DNA from: Candidatus Cloacimonadales bacterium
GTDB lineage: Bacteria; Cloacimonadota; Cloacimonadia; Cloacimonadales; JAFGVF01
Length of the DNA stretch: 64,000 bases
Reading direction: 5' to 3'
Assembly (NCBI GenBank): GCA_963678315.1
Contig: OY782781.1
Span: 896,001-960,000, forward strand
Each line of letters opens with the position of its first letter. The stretch's first letter is position 1. The notes under the pieces were generated by a model that did no database searches, was not told the origin of the DNA, and saw nothing but the letters and a program-made list of their open reading frames with translations. The translations under genes were made by a program, and so were the position numbers. This document shows positions 25,216 to 36,001 of this stretch, piece after piece.

Positions 25216-26883
25216 ATGAATTTTATAAGATACAAGGCATTGATTATTGTTTGTCTATTTTTTTATTATCAGTCTTTATGTTGTGAAATTAGAAAAAGTT
25301 ATGAAGATATTAAGTATGAAGCGTTTGGTTTTTTAAAAGGACAAGAACTTACTCTAGAAAAGATACTGGATAGTAATCCTGATCTAAAAGAGGAAGTTTT
25401 TATTGCACAAACTAAATTTGCAGCTGCTTTTGGAAAATCTGAAAAAAAACTCAAAATAGATTTGAGAGAGAACATGCAGGCTAATTTTAAAACTTATGAA
25501 AATGAATTAGATAACAAAATAAATAAACTTTTAAAGACAATAACATTTGATAGAAAATACTCTCTTGAATATATCAATGAAGTTGAGAAAAGAGCTGAAG
25601 GGGAAATACCTGATCAGATACTTGGAGTATTACTTACATTTCAATATTTAGATGCACCTAGACAAGAAATGTCAGCTGGTTACACTAAATCATACTCAAC
25701 AAAAGGTCATCCTAAATCACGTGGTGTTACTATTAATTTGAAAGTACCTTTAAGTTGGAAAGGCGAGGAAGCTGAAAGACCAAATATAACTAGGAAATTT
25801 ACAAGTCAATATGGTAAAGGATTTGAATCTTTTGGTATAATGGTCAAAGATATAGGGTTAGATGATGATTATAGAATAACTGAAGAAGAATTAAATGACT
25901 ATTTTCAAGAGGAAGAGTTTCGAAAATTGATACCCGATAACAGCGAGTATGTTTCTGGTAAAAAAATATATCTCGATGGACTTATAGCAGGTAAAATCGT
26001 ATACATAACTAATGCAAAAAGATTAGATTATTCGTTTTCTGTAAAAAGTGTTATTTATACAACTTTTGTTGAAAACAAATGTGTAACATTGAATTGTGCT
26101 GTGGCAGTTGTTGATGAGGAAGAGTTGGATGCAAGGTTCGAACTTTTTGCAGACCTTTTTAATGAAGTTGCAAACTCTTTAGTGTTTCCTGACCAATATA
26201 CGATAAATAGCACTATAGATAATAATGGTATGGCGGAAAAACATGTTGGACAAAGTTTAACTCGTAAAGATTACTTAGTACAAAATGAACTTGTACAGAA
26301 AAGAATTAATGAAGGTGTAAGTAGAATCGTTAGTTTCATTATTATTATAATTATTTATACTATTTACAAAACTATTCAGTCAATGTTTATAAAAAGGAAA
26401 AAATTATCAGGGAAATATATCCAACGTGCTGTAATTAATATTGTTAGGTTAGGACGATACTCAAGAGTCTGGGCGATTATTCAATTTGTTTCAGCTATAG
26501 TTTTTATATATGATGGTTACTATATAAATTTCTTATTTATGACTCTTTTCAGTGGGGTCGTTTTTTTGGCAGGCAAAAAAATTAAAGTTATCGGTGCTAA
26601 CTCGATAAATTACATTTTAATTGTTCTGTCTGTATCGGCTATTTTTGCATACTTAATTCCTATTTTTTCCCTGATTTACTTAAAACTTAACGGAACTGTA
26701 CTAAACGACATTGGGTTCCTGTGGGTGAGCTTGTTTAGTGAGAATAGATTAATTAGGTTTGGCCCTGCTGTTTTAACACTCTTATTGTCTTTCTCATCTA
26801 TATCTAGTATATTCTCTTTTTATATTTTAAAAAGAGTAAATTGGCAGGACATTATGGAAAAAGAACATTATATATGTAAATGA
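25216..26883 (+). CDS. Hypothetical protein: N-terminal signal/soluble domain plus multi-TM C-terminal domain
   Basis: Long ORF with TTGACA-16-TAAAAT promoter (25156) and AAGGAG SD; no family recognised. Confidence 0.65.
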   Translation: MNFIRYKALIIVCLFFYYQSLCCEIRKSYEDIKYEAFGFLKGQELTLEKILDSNPDLKEEVFIAQTKFAAAFGKSEKKLKIDLRENMQANFKTYENELDNKINKLLKTITFDRKYSLEYINEVEKRAEGEIPDQILGVLLTFQYLDAPRQEMSAGYTKSYSTKGHPKSRGVTINLKVPLSWKGEEAERPNITRKFTSQYGKGFESFGIMVKDIGLDDDYRITEEELNDYFQEEEFRKLIPDNSEYVSGKKIYLDGLIAGKIVYITNAKRLDYSFSVKSVIYTTFVENKCVTLNCAVAVVDEEELDARFELFADLFNEVANSLVFPDQYTINSTIDNNGMAEKHVGQSLTRKDYLVQNELVQKRINEGVSRIVSFIIIIIIYTIYKTIQSMFIKRKKLSGKYIQRAVINIVRLGRYSRVWAIIQFVSAIVFIYDGYYINFLFMTLFSGVVFLAGKKIKVIGANSINYILIVLSVSAIFAYLIPIFSLIYLKLNGTVLNDIGFLWVSLFSENRLIRFGPAVLTLLLSFSSISSIFSFYILKRVNWQDIMEKEHYICK

Positions 26884-26894
26884 GGAGGCACAGC

Positions 26895-28283
26895 ATGTGT
26901 TTAAAGAGAATGTATTTTATATTGGTTAGTGTTCTATTTACTTTGGCATTATATTCACAGGGGCAATTTCCAAGCATTGAAGGTGGAAATCTAACTTTTA
27001 GAAGTGAAGATGGGCATATACTTCTTAGGTCACCAATATCTGCTAATAATAGAGAGACAGTTAGTCTTCTTTCAAGAATTAACTATGGTTCTGAACCTGA
27101 TCCTTTAAATTATGTAACTTATGATTACGATGATTGGGGAAATGTTGCATACATCAGAAGTTATAATTTTCAAGGGGAAGATTATGGAACAATACTTAGC
27201 TATTGGATGAATGATGAATATGATATGTTAGGAAGGGTGATAACACATGAAACAAATAGTCTTGTAGATTTAGATGGAAATGATGAAACAAATTTCACAA
27301 CTTATTATTATCATGCTGATACGACCAATATTGACTCTACAACGACATATATGCAGGTAAGTTCTCCTGGTATGAATATAATGAAAAAGGTAGATTATAA
27401 CTACAATGAAGATTCCTTAGTTTCTGCCAAGTTAGAATATTGGGATCAGGAATGGTATTACGAGGAAGCTCCAATTTATGAATTGCAGTATAAGGATGAA
27501 TTTACATATGCAGAAAACTATTTATGTCAAGAGCATTTTAGTTATGAACAGACTACTGAAGAGTTTAATCCTGAAAGCAAAAATGAAACATTTACTGAAG
27601 GAAGCAATATAACGCAAATATATTCACGAACTGACTTCTCCTCTGATACTTATCAACCTTATCTTAAAAATGAATCTTTATATAATGATGGTGGCCAACT
27701 TACCGAATACAGGAGCTTCTTCTTTAATAATAGTCAAGATTGGGTTCTTAACACTTATATTACTTACGATTATTCCGAAGATGGATTATTGGAAACAAGT
27801 ACTAGCCATAAACTAGATACATTCAGTCTTGAAAGCGAATTTTATATCACTATGATTCAAAACTACTACTACAATAATCTTTCACAAATCGACTATATAA
27901 ATCTTAGATATTTTAATCAAGATGATCAAGAAAATCCATATTCCGAGACTCAATATGATTACATTTATTCTGAATTTACTGAAAATAGTTCGGAATCAAT
28001 TGATAGTCCTAACTTCAATCTAGCTAATTATCCTAATCCATTTAATCCAGAAACTACAATTTCTTTTAATATAATTGAAGATAGTGATGTAAAACTGGAA
28101 GTCTTTAATGTTAAAGGGCAACATGTTAAAACACTAATAAATGATAGATTGTTGTCTGGTAATCATCAAGTTGTATGGAAGGGTAGGGATGAAAACAATA
28201 GCAATGTCGCTTCAGGGATTTATTTTTATAGGATCAAGAATGGGCTAAATTCTACAACAAAGAAGTGTATCTTGATGAAATAA
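26895..28283 (+). CDS. Secreted Tyr-rich repeat protein with T9SS/FlgD-like C-terminal domain
   Basis: Signal peptide; repeated Y-x-Y-D/N beta motifs; NYPNPFNPETTISF..VFNVKGQHVKTL..ASGIYFYRI..KKCILMK. Confidence 0.78.
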   Translation: MCLKRMYFILVSVLFTLALYSQGQFPSIEGGNLTFRSEDGHILLRSPISANNRETVSLLSRINYGSEPDPLNYVTYDYDDWGNVAYIRSYNFQGEDYGTILSYWMNDEYDMLGRVITHETNSLVDLDGNDETNFTTYYYHADTTNIDSTTTYMQVSSPGMNIMKKVDYNYNEDSLVSAKLEYWDQEWYYEEAPIYELQYKDEFTYAENYLCQEHFSYEQTTEEFNPESKNETFTEGSNITQIYSRTDFSSDTYQPYLKNESLYNDGGQLTEYRSFFFNNSQDWVLNTYITYDYSEDGLLETSTSHKLDTFSLESEFYITMIQNYYYNNLSQIDYINLRYFNQDDQENPYSETQYDYIYSEFTENSSESIDSPNFNLANYPNPFNPETTISFNIIEDSDVKLEVFNVKGQHVKTLINDRLLSGNHQVVWKGRDENNSNVASGIYFYRIKNGLNSTTKKCILMK

Positions 28284-28329
28284 CAGAAAGATTTATAGTA
28301 TAAATTAAAAAGTTTTAATGAAATATACC

Positions 28330-28640
28330 TTGTCCCTTACTTGCCACCTTGAAAAAAGTCCAATTTTTCAAGGAGGCAAGTAAGTTAGGAGTTAGAAGTG
28401 AGGACATACTGGGAACGCACAGCTGCTAGCTGGCAAAAAGAAGTTAGTACATACTGGGATCGCTAGCCTCTGTGCTGGCTTCACTTAGAACACAGTGATA
28501 AGTGAATTTGTAGAGACGTTTGGGAAAACGTCTCAATCGCAAGCTGGAAGCTTGCAACCCGATAATATTTCGAAAGCAAGATGCTTGGCAGCAGAAGATG
28601 ATGGAGAGTAAGCAAGCACCGATAGGTGAAGAATTTCAGT
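28330..28640. repeat. Intergenic repeat mosaic (cluster C)
   Basis: CTTACTTGCCACCTTGAAAAA/TTTTTCAAGGAGGCAAGTAAG hairpin; ACTGGGAACGCACAGCTGCTAGCTGGC; TGCTGGCTTCACTTAGAAC..GAATTTGTAG shared with the 140-nt unit; GTAGAGACGTT..AACGTCTC. Confidence 0.85.
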
Positions 28641-28827
28641 CTAATGGCTAGAACATAAGCCCAAAAAAGTTCTAAAAAATAAAAAAACAAGCATTATTTA
28701 CTATTATACCATATCAAATTCCCTGATAAATTTAAATTTTCAGGGAGAAAATAATTCTAATAAAAAAGCATGGAAAAGAAGAGATTAATTACTGAAAAAC
28801 AGTAAGTTAAAAAAAGATAAAAAAGTA

Positions 28828-29146
28828 TTGACAGTTTTGTAAGTGCATAGAAATTGGTTAGAAATGGCACACTCACGTATTAGTGAGGTAGAGCAAAAGC
28901 TTGCTAGGAAAGCTTGTAGATCTTTGCGATAAGCGTCACGAGGTACGCTTTGCAACACATATAGTTGGAGACTATACAACGTGTAAAGTATAGTCGGTGG
29001 ATAATTACATATAAAAAATGATGTAAGAGCCTCGTCGCGCGTAAATGAATATAAATAACGAATTTAACAATTAAATCAAATACAATAATAAATAAAAAAT
29101 AAGCAAACAGATAATATTTATAGCAACGCTATAAATGGAGGAATCC
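28828..29146 (+). promoter_or_regulatory. S10 operon promoter and structured 5' leader
   Basis: TTGACA at 28828; GC-enriched stretch with several hairpins and a long-range ACGAGG/CCTCGT pairing before rpsJ. Confidence 0.6.
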
Positions 29147-29470
29147 GTGAGTAAAGATAATAAAATCAGAATTAAACTCAAAGCTTATGACCATCGTCTG
29201 TTGGACCAATCAGTGCAAGAAATTGTAAATAGCACAAGAAACACAGGTGCAAAAATAGTAGGTCCTATTCCATTACCAACAGACAGATCTTTATATACAA
29301 TATTAAGATCTCCACACGTTAATAAAAAAGCTAGAGACCAATATCAAATGTTGGTACATAAGAGATTAGTGGATATAGTAAATCCAACTCCTCAAACAAC
29401 TGCTGCATTAAAGAAGATGAGCTTACCTGCTGGTGTTCATGTGGAAATTAAGGCAACTGAAAGGAGCTAA
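29147..29470 (+). CDS. rpsJ: 30S ribosomal protein S10
   Basis: [32 protein letters not shown] start after GGAGGA. Confidence 0.98.
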   Translation: MSKDNKIRIKLKAYDHRLLDQSVQEIVNSTRNTGAKIVGPIPLPTDRSLYTILRSPHVNKKARDQYQMLVHKRLVDIVNPTPQTTAALKKMSLPAGVHVEIKATERS

Positions 29471-29472
29471 GG

Positions 29473-30096
29473 ATGATTGGATTAATAGGAAAAAAGATTG
29501 GTATGACTCAAGTTTTTGACCAAGATGGTAGAGTAACACCTGTTACAATGTTACAGGTTGGACCATGTAAGGTTTTAGAACTTAAGAATGAAGATAAAGA
29601 TGGTTACACTGCAATCAAACTTGGTTATGAAAAATTAGCTGAGAAGAAAGTTAACAAGCCAATGGCTGGTTACTTCAAATCAGTTGGTGTAGAGCCATGT
29701 AGATATATCAAAGAATTCAGAGTTAGAAATATACAAGATACACAGTTAAAAGATGAATTCACTGTTGAGCTATTCCAAGAAAATGAACTTGTTACAATTA
29801 CTGGTACTTCTAAAGGTAGAGGTTTCGCAGGTGTAATGAAAAGGTGGAACTTCCAAGGTTTCATGTCTTCACATGGTGTGCATGAATCATTTAGAGGACC
29901 AGGTTCAATCGGTCAATGTGCTACTCCAGCTCGTGTTTTGAAAGGTAAAAAGATGGCTGGACATTATGGTGTTGATCAAGTTACAGTTAAGAACTTAAAA
30001 GTGATTAAGATCGATGTTGAAAAGAATTTAATCATGGTTAAGGGTGCTGTACCTGGACATCGTAATAGCTTAGTTCTTCTTAAGAAGAGTATGTAA
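29473..30096 (+). CDS. rplC: 50S ribosomal protein L3
   Basis: GKKIGMTQVF, GTSKGRGFAG, GKKMAG, KGAVPG. Confidence 0.98.
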   Translation: MIGLIGKKIGMTQVFDQDGRVTPVTMLQVGPCKVLELKNEDKDGYTAIKLGYEKLAEKKVNKPMAGYFKSVGVEPCRYIKEFRVRNIQDTQLKDEFTVELFQENELVTITGTSKGRGFAGVMKRWNFQGFMSSHGVHESFRGPGSIGQCATPARVLKGKKMAGHYGVDQVTVKNLKVIKIDVEKNLIMVKGAVPGHRNSLVLLKKSM

Positions 30097-30108
30097 CGGA
30101 GGAATTAG

Positions 30109-30744
30109 ATGGCTAATGCAATAAAATATAATATAAATGGTGAAAAAGTTGGGGAAATAGCACTTCCTGCTTCAGTGTTTGAAGCTGATTGCAAAAATCC
30201 TAAAGCTTTATTATATGAAGTTGTTAATATGTATCTTGCAAATCAAAGACAAGGCACTAAGGCAACAAAATCAAGAGGATTAGTTAGTGGTAGTACTAAG
30301 AAGCTTGGAAAGCAAAAAGGTTCTGGTAATGCACGTATGGGTTCAAGAAGATCACCAGTAAGAGTTGGTGGTGGACATGCATTCAGAATTGATCCAAAAT
30401 GTTGGTACAAACACATTCCTGCTAAGAAGAAAAGATTAGCTTTAAAATTAGCTTTAACAGATAGAGCAGCTAATGGAAACATCTTTGTAGTAGAAAACTT
30501 AAATTATGACAAGCCAAGTACAAAAACAGCTCGTAACCTAATCGATAGTATCATTACTGAAAAGGGCAAAGTACTTGTAGTTACAAAAGGTAACAACGTT
30601 CCTGTTGTTAAATCTTTTACTAACTTAGAGCATGTAATGACAGATAGAGCAGATGGTCTTAACGCATACGGTATATTGAAAAGTACTTATGTTGTGATGA
30701 CTGAAGAAGCTTTACAGCAAGTTGAGGAGGTATTTGGTAAATGA
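30109..30744 (+). CDS. rplD: 50S ribosomal protein L4
   Basis: [25 protein letters not shown]. Confidence 0.97.
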   Translation: MANAIKYNINGEKVGEIALPASVFEADCKNPKALLYEVVNMYLANQRQGTKATKSRGLVSGSTKKLGKQKGSGNARMGSRRSPVRVGGGHAFRIDPKCWYKHIPAKKKRLALKLALTDRAANGNIFVVENLNYDKPSTKTARNLIDSIITEKGKVLVVTKGNNVPVVKSFTNLEHVMTDRADGLNAYGILKSTYVVMTEEALQQVEEVFGK

Positions 30745-31028
30745 TACATCCAAGAGAAATTATAATAGCTCCTATGCTTACAGAAAAATCAATGACAGAG
30801 AAAGAGCTTCATAACAGATACACATTTAAAGTTAGTATTAATGCTAACAAGATTGAAATCAAAAAAGCTATTGAAAAAGTTTTTTCTGTGAAAGTTGTTA
30901 AAATAAATACTATTCGCATGAAAGGTAAACCAAAAAGAATGGGAAGATATGAAGGAAGACGTCCAAACTGGAAAAAAGCTATAGTGACTCTTCAAGCAGA
31001 TCATAAGATCCCTGATTTTGAAGTTTAA
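30741..31028 (+). CDS. rplW: 50S ribosomal protein L23
   Basis: [26 protein letters not shown]. Confidence 0.98.
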   Translation: MIHPREIIIAPMLTEKSMTEKELHNRYTFKVSINANKIEIKKAIEKVFSVKVVKINTIRMKGKPKRMGRYEGRRPNWKKAIVTLQADHKIPDFEV

Positions 31029-31040
31029 TAGGAGTGAAGA

Positions 31041-31868
31041 ATGGGAATTAAAAAATATAAACCGATTACACCTACCCAACGTTTCAAGACAGGATATACA
31101 TTTGAAGAAATCACAAAAACTACTCCTGAGAAATCACTTTTAGCTAAATTATCTAAAACTGGTGGTAGAAACAATAAAGGTCGTATCACTTGTCGTCACA
31201 AAGGTGGCGGTCACAGAAGACATTATAGAATCATAGATTTTAAGAGAAATAAAATAAATATTCCAGCAAAAGTAGCATCAATTGAATATGATCCAAACCG
31301 TTCAGCTAGAATCGCTCTTCTTTACTATGCAGATGGTGAAAAAAGATATATTGTAGCTCAAGATGGGTTAAAAGTTGGAATGGAAGTCATCTCAGGTGCA
31401 AAAGCTCCTATTAAAGTTGGTAATGCATTACCATTAGAGAATATTCCATTAGGTACAACAATTTCTTGTGTTGAATTGAAGAAAGGTAAAGGTGCTCAAA
31501 TTGCACGTTCAGCTGGTTCAATGGCTCAATTAGTGGCTAAAGAAGGAGATTACGTTCATGTAAAAATGCCTTCTAACGATGTACATTTAATTAGAAAAGA
31601 ATGTATGGCTGTTATTGGTCAAGTTGGTAACATTGAACACAACTTAATAATTATTGGTAAAGCTGGTAGAAGCAGATGGTTAGGTATCAGACCTACAGTC
31701 CGTGGTGTTGTTATGAACCCAGTAGATCACCCACACGGTGGTGGTGAAGGTAAAACTTCAGGTGGACGTCATCCAGTTTCTCCATGGGGTAAATTAGCTA
31801 AGGGTGGAAAAACTCGTAAGACTAAGAAATACTCTAACAAGTATATCATTAAATCTAAAAAGAAGTAA
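31041..31868 (+). CDS. rplB: 50S ribosomal protein L2
   Basis: [35 protein letters not shown]. Confidence 0.99.
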   Translation: MGIKKYKPITPTQRFKTGYTFEEITKTTPEKSLLAKLSKTGGRNNKGRITCRHKGGGHRRHYRIIDFKRNKINIPAKVASIEYDPNRSARIALLYYADGEKRYIVAQDGLKVGMEVISGAKAPIKVGNALPLENIPLGTTISCVELKKGKGAQIARSAGSMAQLVAKEGDYVHVKMPSNDVHLIRKECMAVIGQVGNIEHNLIIIGKAGRSRWLGIRPTVRGVVMNPVDHPHGGGEGKTSGGRHPVSPWGKLAKGGKTRKTKKYSNKYIIKSKKK

Positions 31869-31887
31869 GCTGACGTAGGAGAAAAAA

Positions 31888-32157
31888 ATGCCTAGATCAA
31901 TAAAAAAAGGACCTTTCGTCGATGATCATTTGATGAAAAAGGTTGAAGCACAATTAGAAAGTAAAGATAGATCAGTGATTAAGACTTGGTCAAGAAGATC
32001 AACAATCTTACCTGAATTTATCGGACTTACATTTGCTGTACATAACGGACACAAATTTGTACCAGTGTATATTTCTGAGAACGTAGTTGGCCATAAGCTT
32101 GGCGAATTCGCTCCTACTAGAACATACCGTGGTCACAAAGAAAAGAAAAGTAGATAA
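31888..32157 (+). CDS. rpsS: 30S ribosomal protein S19
   Basis: [26 protein letters not shown]. Confidence 0.99.
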   Translation: MPRSIKKGPFVDDHLMKKVEAQLESKDRSVIKTWSRRSTILPEFIGLTFAVHNGHKFVPVYISENVVGHKLGEFAPTRTYRGHKEKKSR

Positions 32158-32169
32158 TAGGAGTTAAGA

Positions 32170-32529
32170 ATGGATGCTAAAGCTAAATTAAGATTCCATC
32201 GTGGATCAGCACGAAAAGCTCGTTTGGTCCTAGATTTAATCAGAGGTAAATCAGTATCAGAAGCACGTAACATTCTTATGTTCTCAGAAAAGCGCGCATC
32301 AGAAGCAATTTTAAAATTATTAAATTCTGCTGCTGCGAATGCTACAAACTTAGAGCCTAGAATAGATGCTGAAGGAATGAAAATTACCTACGCAACAGCT
32401 GATGATGGCCCAATTATGAAAAGAATGAGACCTAGAGCTCAAGGTAGAGCTTTCATAATTAGAAAGAGAACATGTCATATCACCCTTGAAATTTCAGATT
32501 TAGCTGATTCAAGCACTGAACAGGAATAG
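32170..32529 (+). CDS. rplV: 50S ribosomal protein L22
   Basis: SARKARLVLDLIRGK, RPRAQGRA..KRTCHIT. Confidence 0.98.
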   Translation: MDAKAKLRFHRGSARKARLVLDLIRGKSVSEARNILMFSEKRASEAILKLLNSAAANATNLEPRIDAEGMKITYATADDGPIMKRMRPRAQGRAFIIRKRTCHITLEISDLADSSTEQE

Positions 32530-32538
32530 GAGGAAAAT

Positions 32539-33204
32539 TTGGGACAAAAGATTAATCCGATTATATATCGTATAGGTGTTAATAAAGAATCAGACTCAAA
32601 GTGGTTTGCAACAGGTCAACAATATATCAAAAATTTCCATGAAGATTTAAAAATCAGAAATTATATTGAAAAGAGACTTAGCCACAAGATGATTTCAAGA
32701 GTTGATATTGCAAGAAAGACAAGTTCAATATATATAGATATTCATACTGCAAGACCTGGCCAAGTAATTGGACAAAAGGGTAAAGAAATTGAAATTCTTA
32801 GAAACGAAATCAATCGTTTAGTTAACAAGCACAAAAACAGAAACATCAATGTTTTCATTAATATTAAAGAAATCAACAAGATGTGGTTAGATGCTAAGTT
32901 AGTTGGAAATGAAATTGCTAAGCAGTTAGAACAAAGGGTATCTTTCAGAAGAGCTATGAAAATGGCTATGAGAAACACATTAAGAGACGGAGCATTAGGA
33001 ATCAAGGTTCAATGTGCTGGTCGTTTAGGTGGAGCAGAAATTGCTAGAACTGAGAGATATAAGAAAGGTAGAACACCTCTTCACACACTTAGAGCAGACA
33101 TTGATTATGCATTAATAGAAGCTCATACAACATACGGTGTTATTGGTATTAAAGTGTGGATTTATAAGGGTGATATTCTTAATAATAGTGTTGCTGAAGG
33201 GTAA
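32539..33204 (+). CDS. rpsC: 30S ribosomal protein S3
   Basis: MGQKINP (TTG start), TARPGQVIG, GRLGGAEIARTE, PLHTLRADID. Confidence 0.99.
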   Translation: MGQKINPIIYRIGVNKESDSKWFATGQQYIKNFHEDLKIRNYIEKRLSHKMISRVDIARKTSSIYIDIHTARPGQVIGQKGKEIEILRNEINRLVNKHKNRNINVFINIKEINKMWLDAKLVGNEIAKQLEQRVSFRRAMKMAMRNTLRDGALGIKVQCAGRLGGAEIARTERYKKGRTPLHTLRADIDYALIEAHTTYGVIGIKVWIYKGDILNNSVAEG

Positions 33205-33225
33205 CATTAAGAAGAGGAGAAGATA

Positions 33226-33645
33226 ATGTTAGCACCAAAGAAAGTAAAATATAGAAAAAAGATGCGTGGCAGGAGAACAGGTTTAGCCTATCGTGGTTCA
33301 ACTGTTTCTTTTGGTGATTACGCATTAATGGCTGTGCAAGACGGATGGATAACAAGCCGTCAAATCGAGGCTACTCGTGTGGCTATAACTCGTACAATGA
33401 AACGTCAAGGTAAAGTTTGGATTAGAATTTTCCCTGACAAACCAATTACAAATAAACCTGCTGAAACTCGTATGGGTAAAGGTAAAGGTGCTCCAGAGTA
33501 CTGGGTAGCAGTTGTAAAACCTGGAAGAATAATGTTTGAAATTGATGGCGTAGACTTACCGATTGCTAAAGAAGCATTCAGATTAGCAGGCCACAAGCTT
33601 CCAATCAAGACAAAAATGATTGCACGTGAAGGAGTGGAACTATGA
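33226..33645 (+). CDS. rplP: 50S ribosomal protein L16
   Basis: [26 protein letters not shown]. Confidence 0.99.
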   Translation: MLAPKKVKYRKKMRGRRTGLAYRGSTVSFGDYALMAVQDGWITSRQIEATRVAITRTMKRQGKVWIRIFPDKPITNKPAETRMGKGKGAPEYWVAVVKPGRIMFEIDGVDLPIAKEAFRLAGHKLPIKTKMIAREGVEL

Positions 33646-33836
33646 TAGCAAAAGAATTAAGAGAGTTATCAGTAGAAGAGTTAAATCAAAAGCTTCAAGA
33701 AAACAAAGAAGAGTTGTTTAATCTTCGTTTCCAACAAGTAAGAAATATGCTTGAAAATCCAGGAAGATTCAAACAGTTAAAAAGAGAAAATGCCCGAATC
33801 CATACTATCTTAACAGAAATGGCAAAAGGTAATTAA
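33642..33836 (+). CDS. rpmC: 50S ribosomal protein L29
   Basis: [15 protein letters not shown]; operon position. Confidence 0.96.
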   Translation: MIAKELRELSVEELNQKLQENKEELFNLRFQQVRNMLENPGRFKQLKRENARIHTILTEMAKGN

Positions 33837-33845
33837 GAGGTCAAA

Positions 33846-34100
33846 ATGCAGGAAAATAGAAAACTAACCAAAACTGGTGTGGTTGTAAGTGATAAGATGG
33901 ACAAAACAATCGTCGTTCGTGTAGAAAGACAGTTTACCCATCCTCTATACAAAAAGACTGTAAGAGTTCATAAGAAATTTATGGCTCATGACGAAAAAAA
34001 TGATGCTAAAATCGGTGATAAAGTTGTTATTGAAGAATTCAGACCTTTGAGTAGAAAGAAGAGATGGAATCTTAAGCTTATTACCGAGAGAGCTAAATAA
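33846..34100 (+). CDS. rpsQ: 30S ribosomal protein S17
   Basis: [28 protein letters not shown]. Confidence 0.98.
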   Translation: MQENRKLTKTGVVVSDKMDKTIVVRVERQFTHPLYKKTVRVHKKFMAHDEKNDAKIGDKVVIEEFRPLSRKKRWNLKLITERAK

Positions 34101-34113
34101 GGAGTAGGAACAG

Positions 34114-34482
34114 ATGATTCAAGCACAAACAATATTAAACGTTGCTGACAACTCTGGTGCAAAGAAAGCTATGTGTATCAAGGTTCTTGGCGGTAGTAAA
34201 AGAAAATATGCTACAGTTGGTGATATTATTGTGGTAGCAATTAAATCAGCTACTCCTAATGGTAAAGTTAAGAAGGGAACAGTTGAAAAAGCAGTTATCG
34301 TTAGAACTGCTAAAGAGATCCGTCGTAAAGATGGTTCTTATATTCGTTTCCAAGATAATGCAGCTGTTATTCTTGACGCTAAAATGGAACCTAAAGGAAC
34401 TCGTATTTTTGGACCAGTGGCACGTGAATTACGTGAACATGAATTCATGAAGATTGTTTCTTTAGCACCTGAAGTGTTATAG
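34114..34482 (+). CDS. rplN: 50S ribosomal protein L14
   Basis: [28 protein letters not shown]. Confidence 0.99.
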   Translation: MIQAQTILNVADNSGAKKAMCIKVLGGSKRKYATVGDIIVVAIKSATPNGKVKKGTVEKAVIVRTAKEIRRKDGSYIRFQDNAAVILDAKMEPKGTRIFGPVARELREHEFMKIVSLAPEVL

Positions 34483-34491
34483 GAGATTGAA

Positions 34492-34812
34492 ATGCAAAAT
34501 AAAATGAGAATTAAAAAAGGCGATACAGTTATCGTTGTTAGTGGAGCGGATAAAGGAACTAAAGGAAGAGTTTTAGTTGCTTTCCCAAAAAAACAAAGAG
34601 TAATTATTGAAAAAGTAAATATGATTAAAAAGCATGTTAAACCAAATCAATCAAATCCACAAGGTGGAATTATTGAGATGGAAGCTCCAATACACGTTTC
34701 AAATGTAATGCTTTATAATGAAAAAATAAAAGATGTAACTAGAGCTGTTTATAAGACTACTGCTGATGGTAAAAGAATCAGAGTATGTAAAAAAACAGGT
34801 GATGAGATCTAA
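34492..34812 (+). CDS. rplX: 50S ribosomal protein L24
   Basis: [25 protein letters not shown]. Confidence 0.98.
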   Translation: MQNKMRIKKGDTVIVVSGADKGTKGRVLVAFPKKQRVIIEKVNMIKKHVKPNQSNPQGGIIEMEAPIHVSNVMLYNEKIKDVTRAVYKTTADGKRIRVCKKTGDEI

Positions 34813-34822
34813 AGGAGAAGGG

Positions 34823-35377
34823 ATGAACAGAAAGCAAGAATTATATATTAACGAAGTGATTCCCGCACTGAAGAATAAATTCGAATATAAGAATATTCAT
34901 CAGGTACCTAAATTAGATAAAATAGTTGTTAGTATGGGTGTTGGACAAGCAACTCAAAACAAAGCTATTTTAGATAATGCTATAAAAGATATGGAGCTTA
35001 TTACTGGTCGTAAACCATTAGTAACTAAAGCTTCAAAATCAATCTCTAACTTCAAACTTCGTGCAGGAATGCCTATCGGATGTAAAGTTACATTACGTGG
35101 CGAAATCATGTATGAATTTTTAGATAGATTAGTATCAATCGTTATTCCTAGAATCAGAGACTTTAAAGGTGTTCCTACTAAGAATTTCGATGGTAGAGGT
35201 AACTACTCATTAGGTTTAACCGAACAAACAGTTTTCCCTGAAATTGAGTTCGATAAAATCGATATGATTAGAGGTCTAAATATTGCTATGGTAACAACAG
35301 CTAACACTGATGAGGAAGCTAGAGAGTTACTTAGATTAATTGGCGTACCTTTTAAGAAAACTGCGACAAAGGAGTAA
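34823..35377 (+). CDS. rplE: 50S ribosomal protein L5
   Basis: [37 protein letters not shown]; start moved to ATG 34823 after AAGGAG. Confidence 0.98.
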   Translation: MNRKQELYINEVIPALKNKFEYKNIHQVPKLDKIVVSMGVGQATQNKAILDNAIKDMELITGRKPLVTKASKSISNFKLRAGMPIGCKVTLRGEIMYEFLDRLVSIVIPRIRDFKGVPTKNFDGRGNYSLGLTEQTVFPEIEFDKIDMIRGLNIAMVTTANTDEEARELLRLIGVPFKKTATKE

Positions 35378-35380
35378 GTT

Positions 35381-35566
35381 TTGGCAAAGAAAGCGTTAGT
35401 TGTAAAACAACAAAAGAAAGCTAGGTTCTCTGTTCGTGAATATAATCGTTGTATGATTTGTGGCAGACCTAGAGCTTATATGAGAGATTTCGGCATATGC
35501 CGTCTCTGTTTCAGAAAATTAGCTGACCATGGTAAAATCCCTGGAATCACAAGAGCTAGTTGGTAA
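35381..35566 (+). CDS. rpsN: 30S ribosomal protein S14, zinc-binding type
   Basis: 61 aa, CMICGR..CRLC; TTG start. Confidence 0.97.
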   Translation: MAKKALVVKQQKKARFSVREYNRCMICGRPRAYMRDFGICRLCFRKLADHGKIPGITRASW

Positions 35567-35581
35567 ATTACCGGAGGAAAA

Positions 35582-35992
35582 ATGATTACAGATCCGATAG
35601 CTGATGCAATAACAAAAGTAAGAAATGCATATCGTGCCGGACACACAAGAGTTGTGTTGAACCACAATAAAATTATTGAAGCGATTGTTACTCTTTTAGC
35701 TAAAGAGAACTTCATCAATAGTTTTCATGTATTAGAAAAAGATCCTGAAAGAGGTTTAAACTTCAAACAAATTAGTTTAAATCTTAGATATACAAATAAC
35801 GGAAAACCTGTTTTAACAGGAATCCAAAGAGTTTCAAGACCAGGTAGAAGAGTTTATGTAAAAGCTTCTGCAGTACCTAGAGTATTCAACAACACAGGTT
35901 GTGCAATCATTTCTACAAGCCATGGCGTAATGGTAGATAGAGATGCTCGTAACACTAATGTTGGTGGCGAATACGTATGCAAAGTGTGGTAG
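35582..35992 (+). CDS. rpsH: 30S ribosomal protein S8
   Basis: TDPIAD..RNA, SRPGRRVY, IISTSHG, GGE. Confidence 0.98.
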   Translation: MITDPIADAITKVRNAYRAGHTRVVLNHNKIIEAIVTLLAKENFINSFHVLEKDPERGLNFKQISLNLRYTNNGKPVLTGIQRVSRPGRRVYVKASAVPRVFNNTGCAIISTSHGVMVDRDARNTNVGGEYVCKVW

Positions 35993-36001
35993 GAGGAAAG
36001 A

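Noticed and set aside
28481..28979. Short minus-strand ORFs upstream of rpsJ
   Set aside because: They lie in the repeat cluster and S10 leader, with no coding hallmarks
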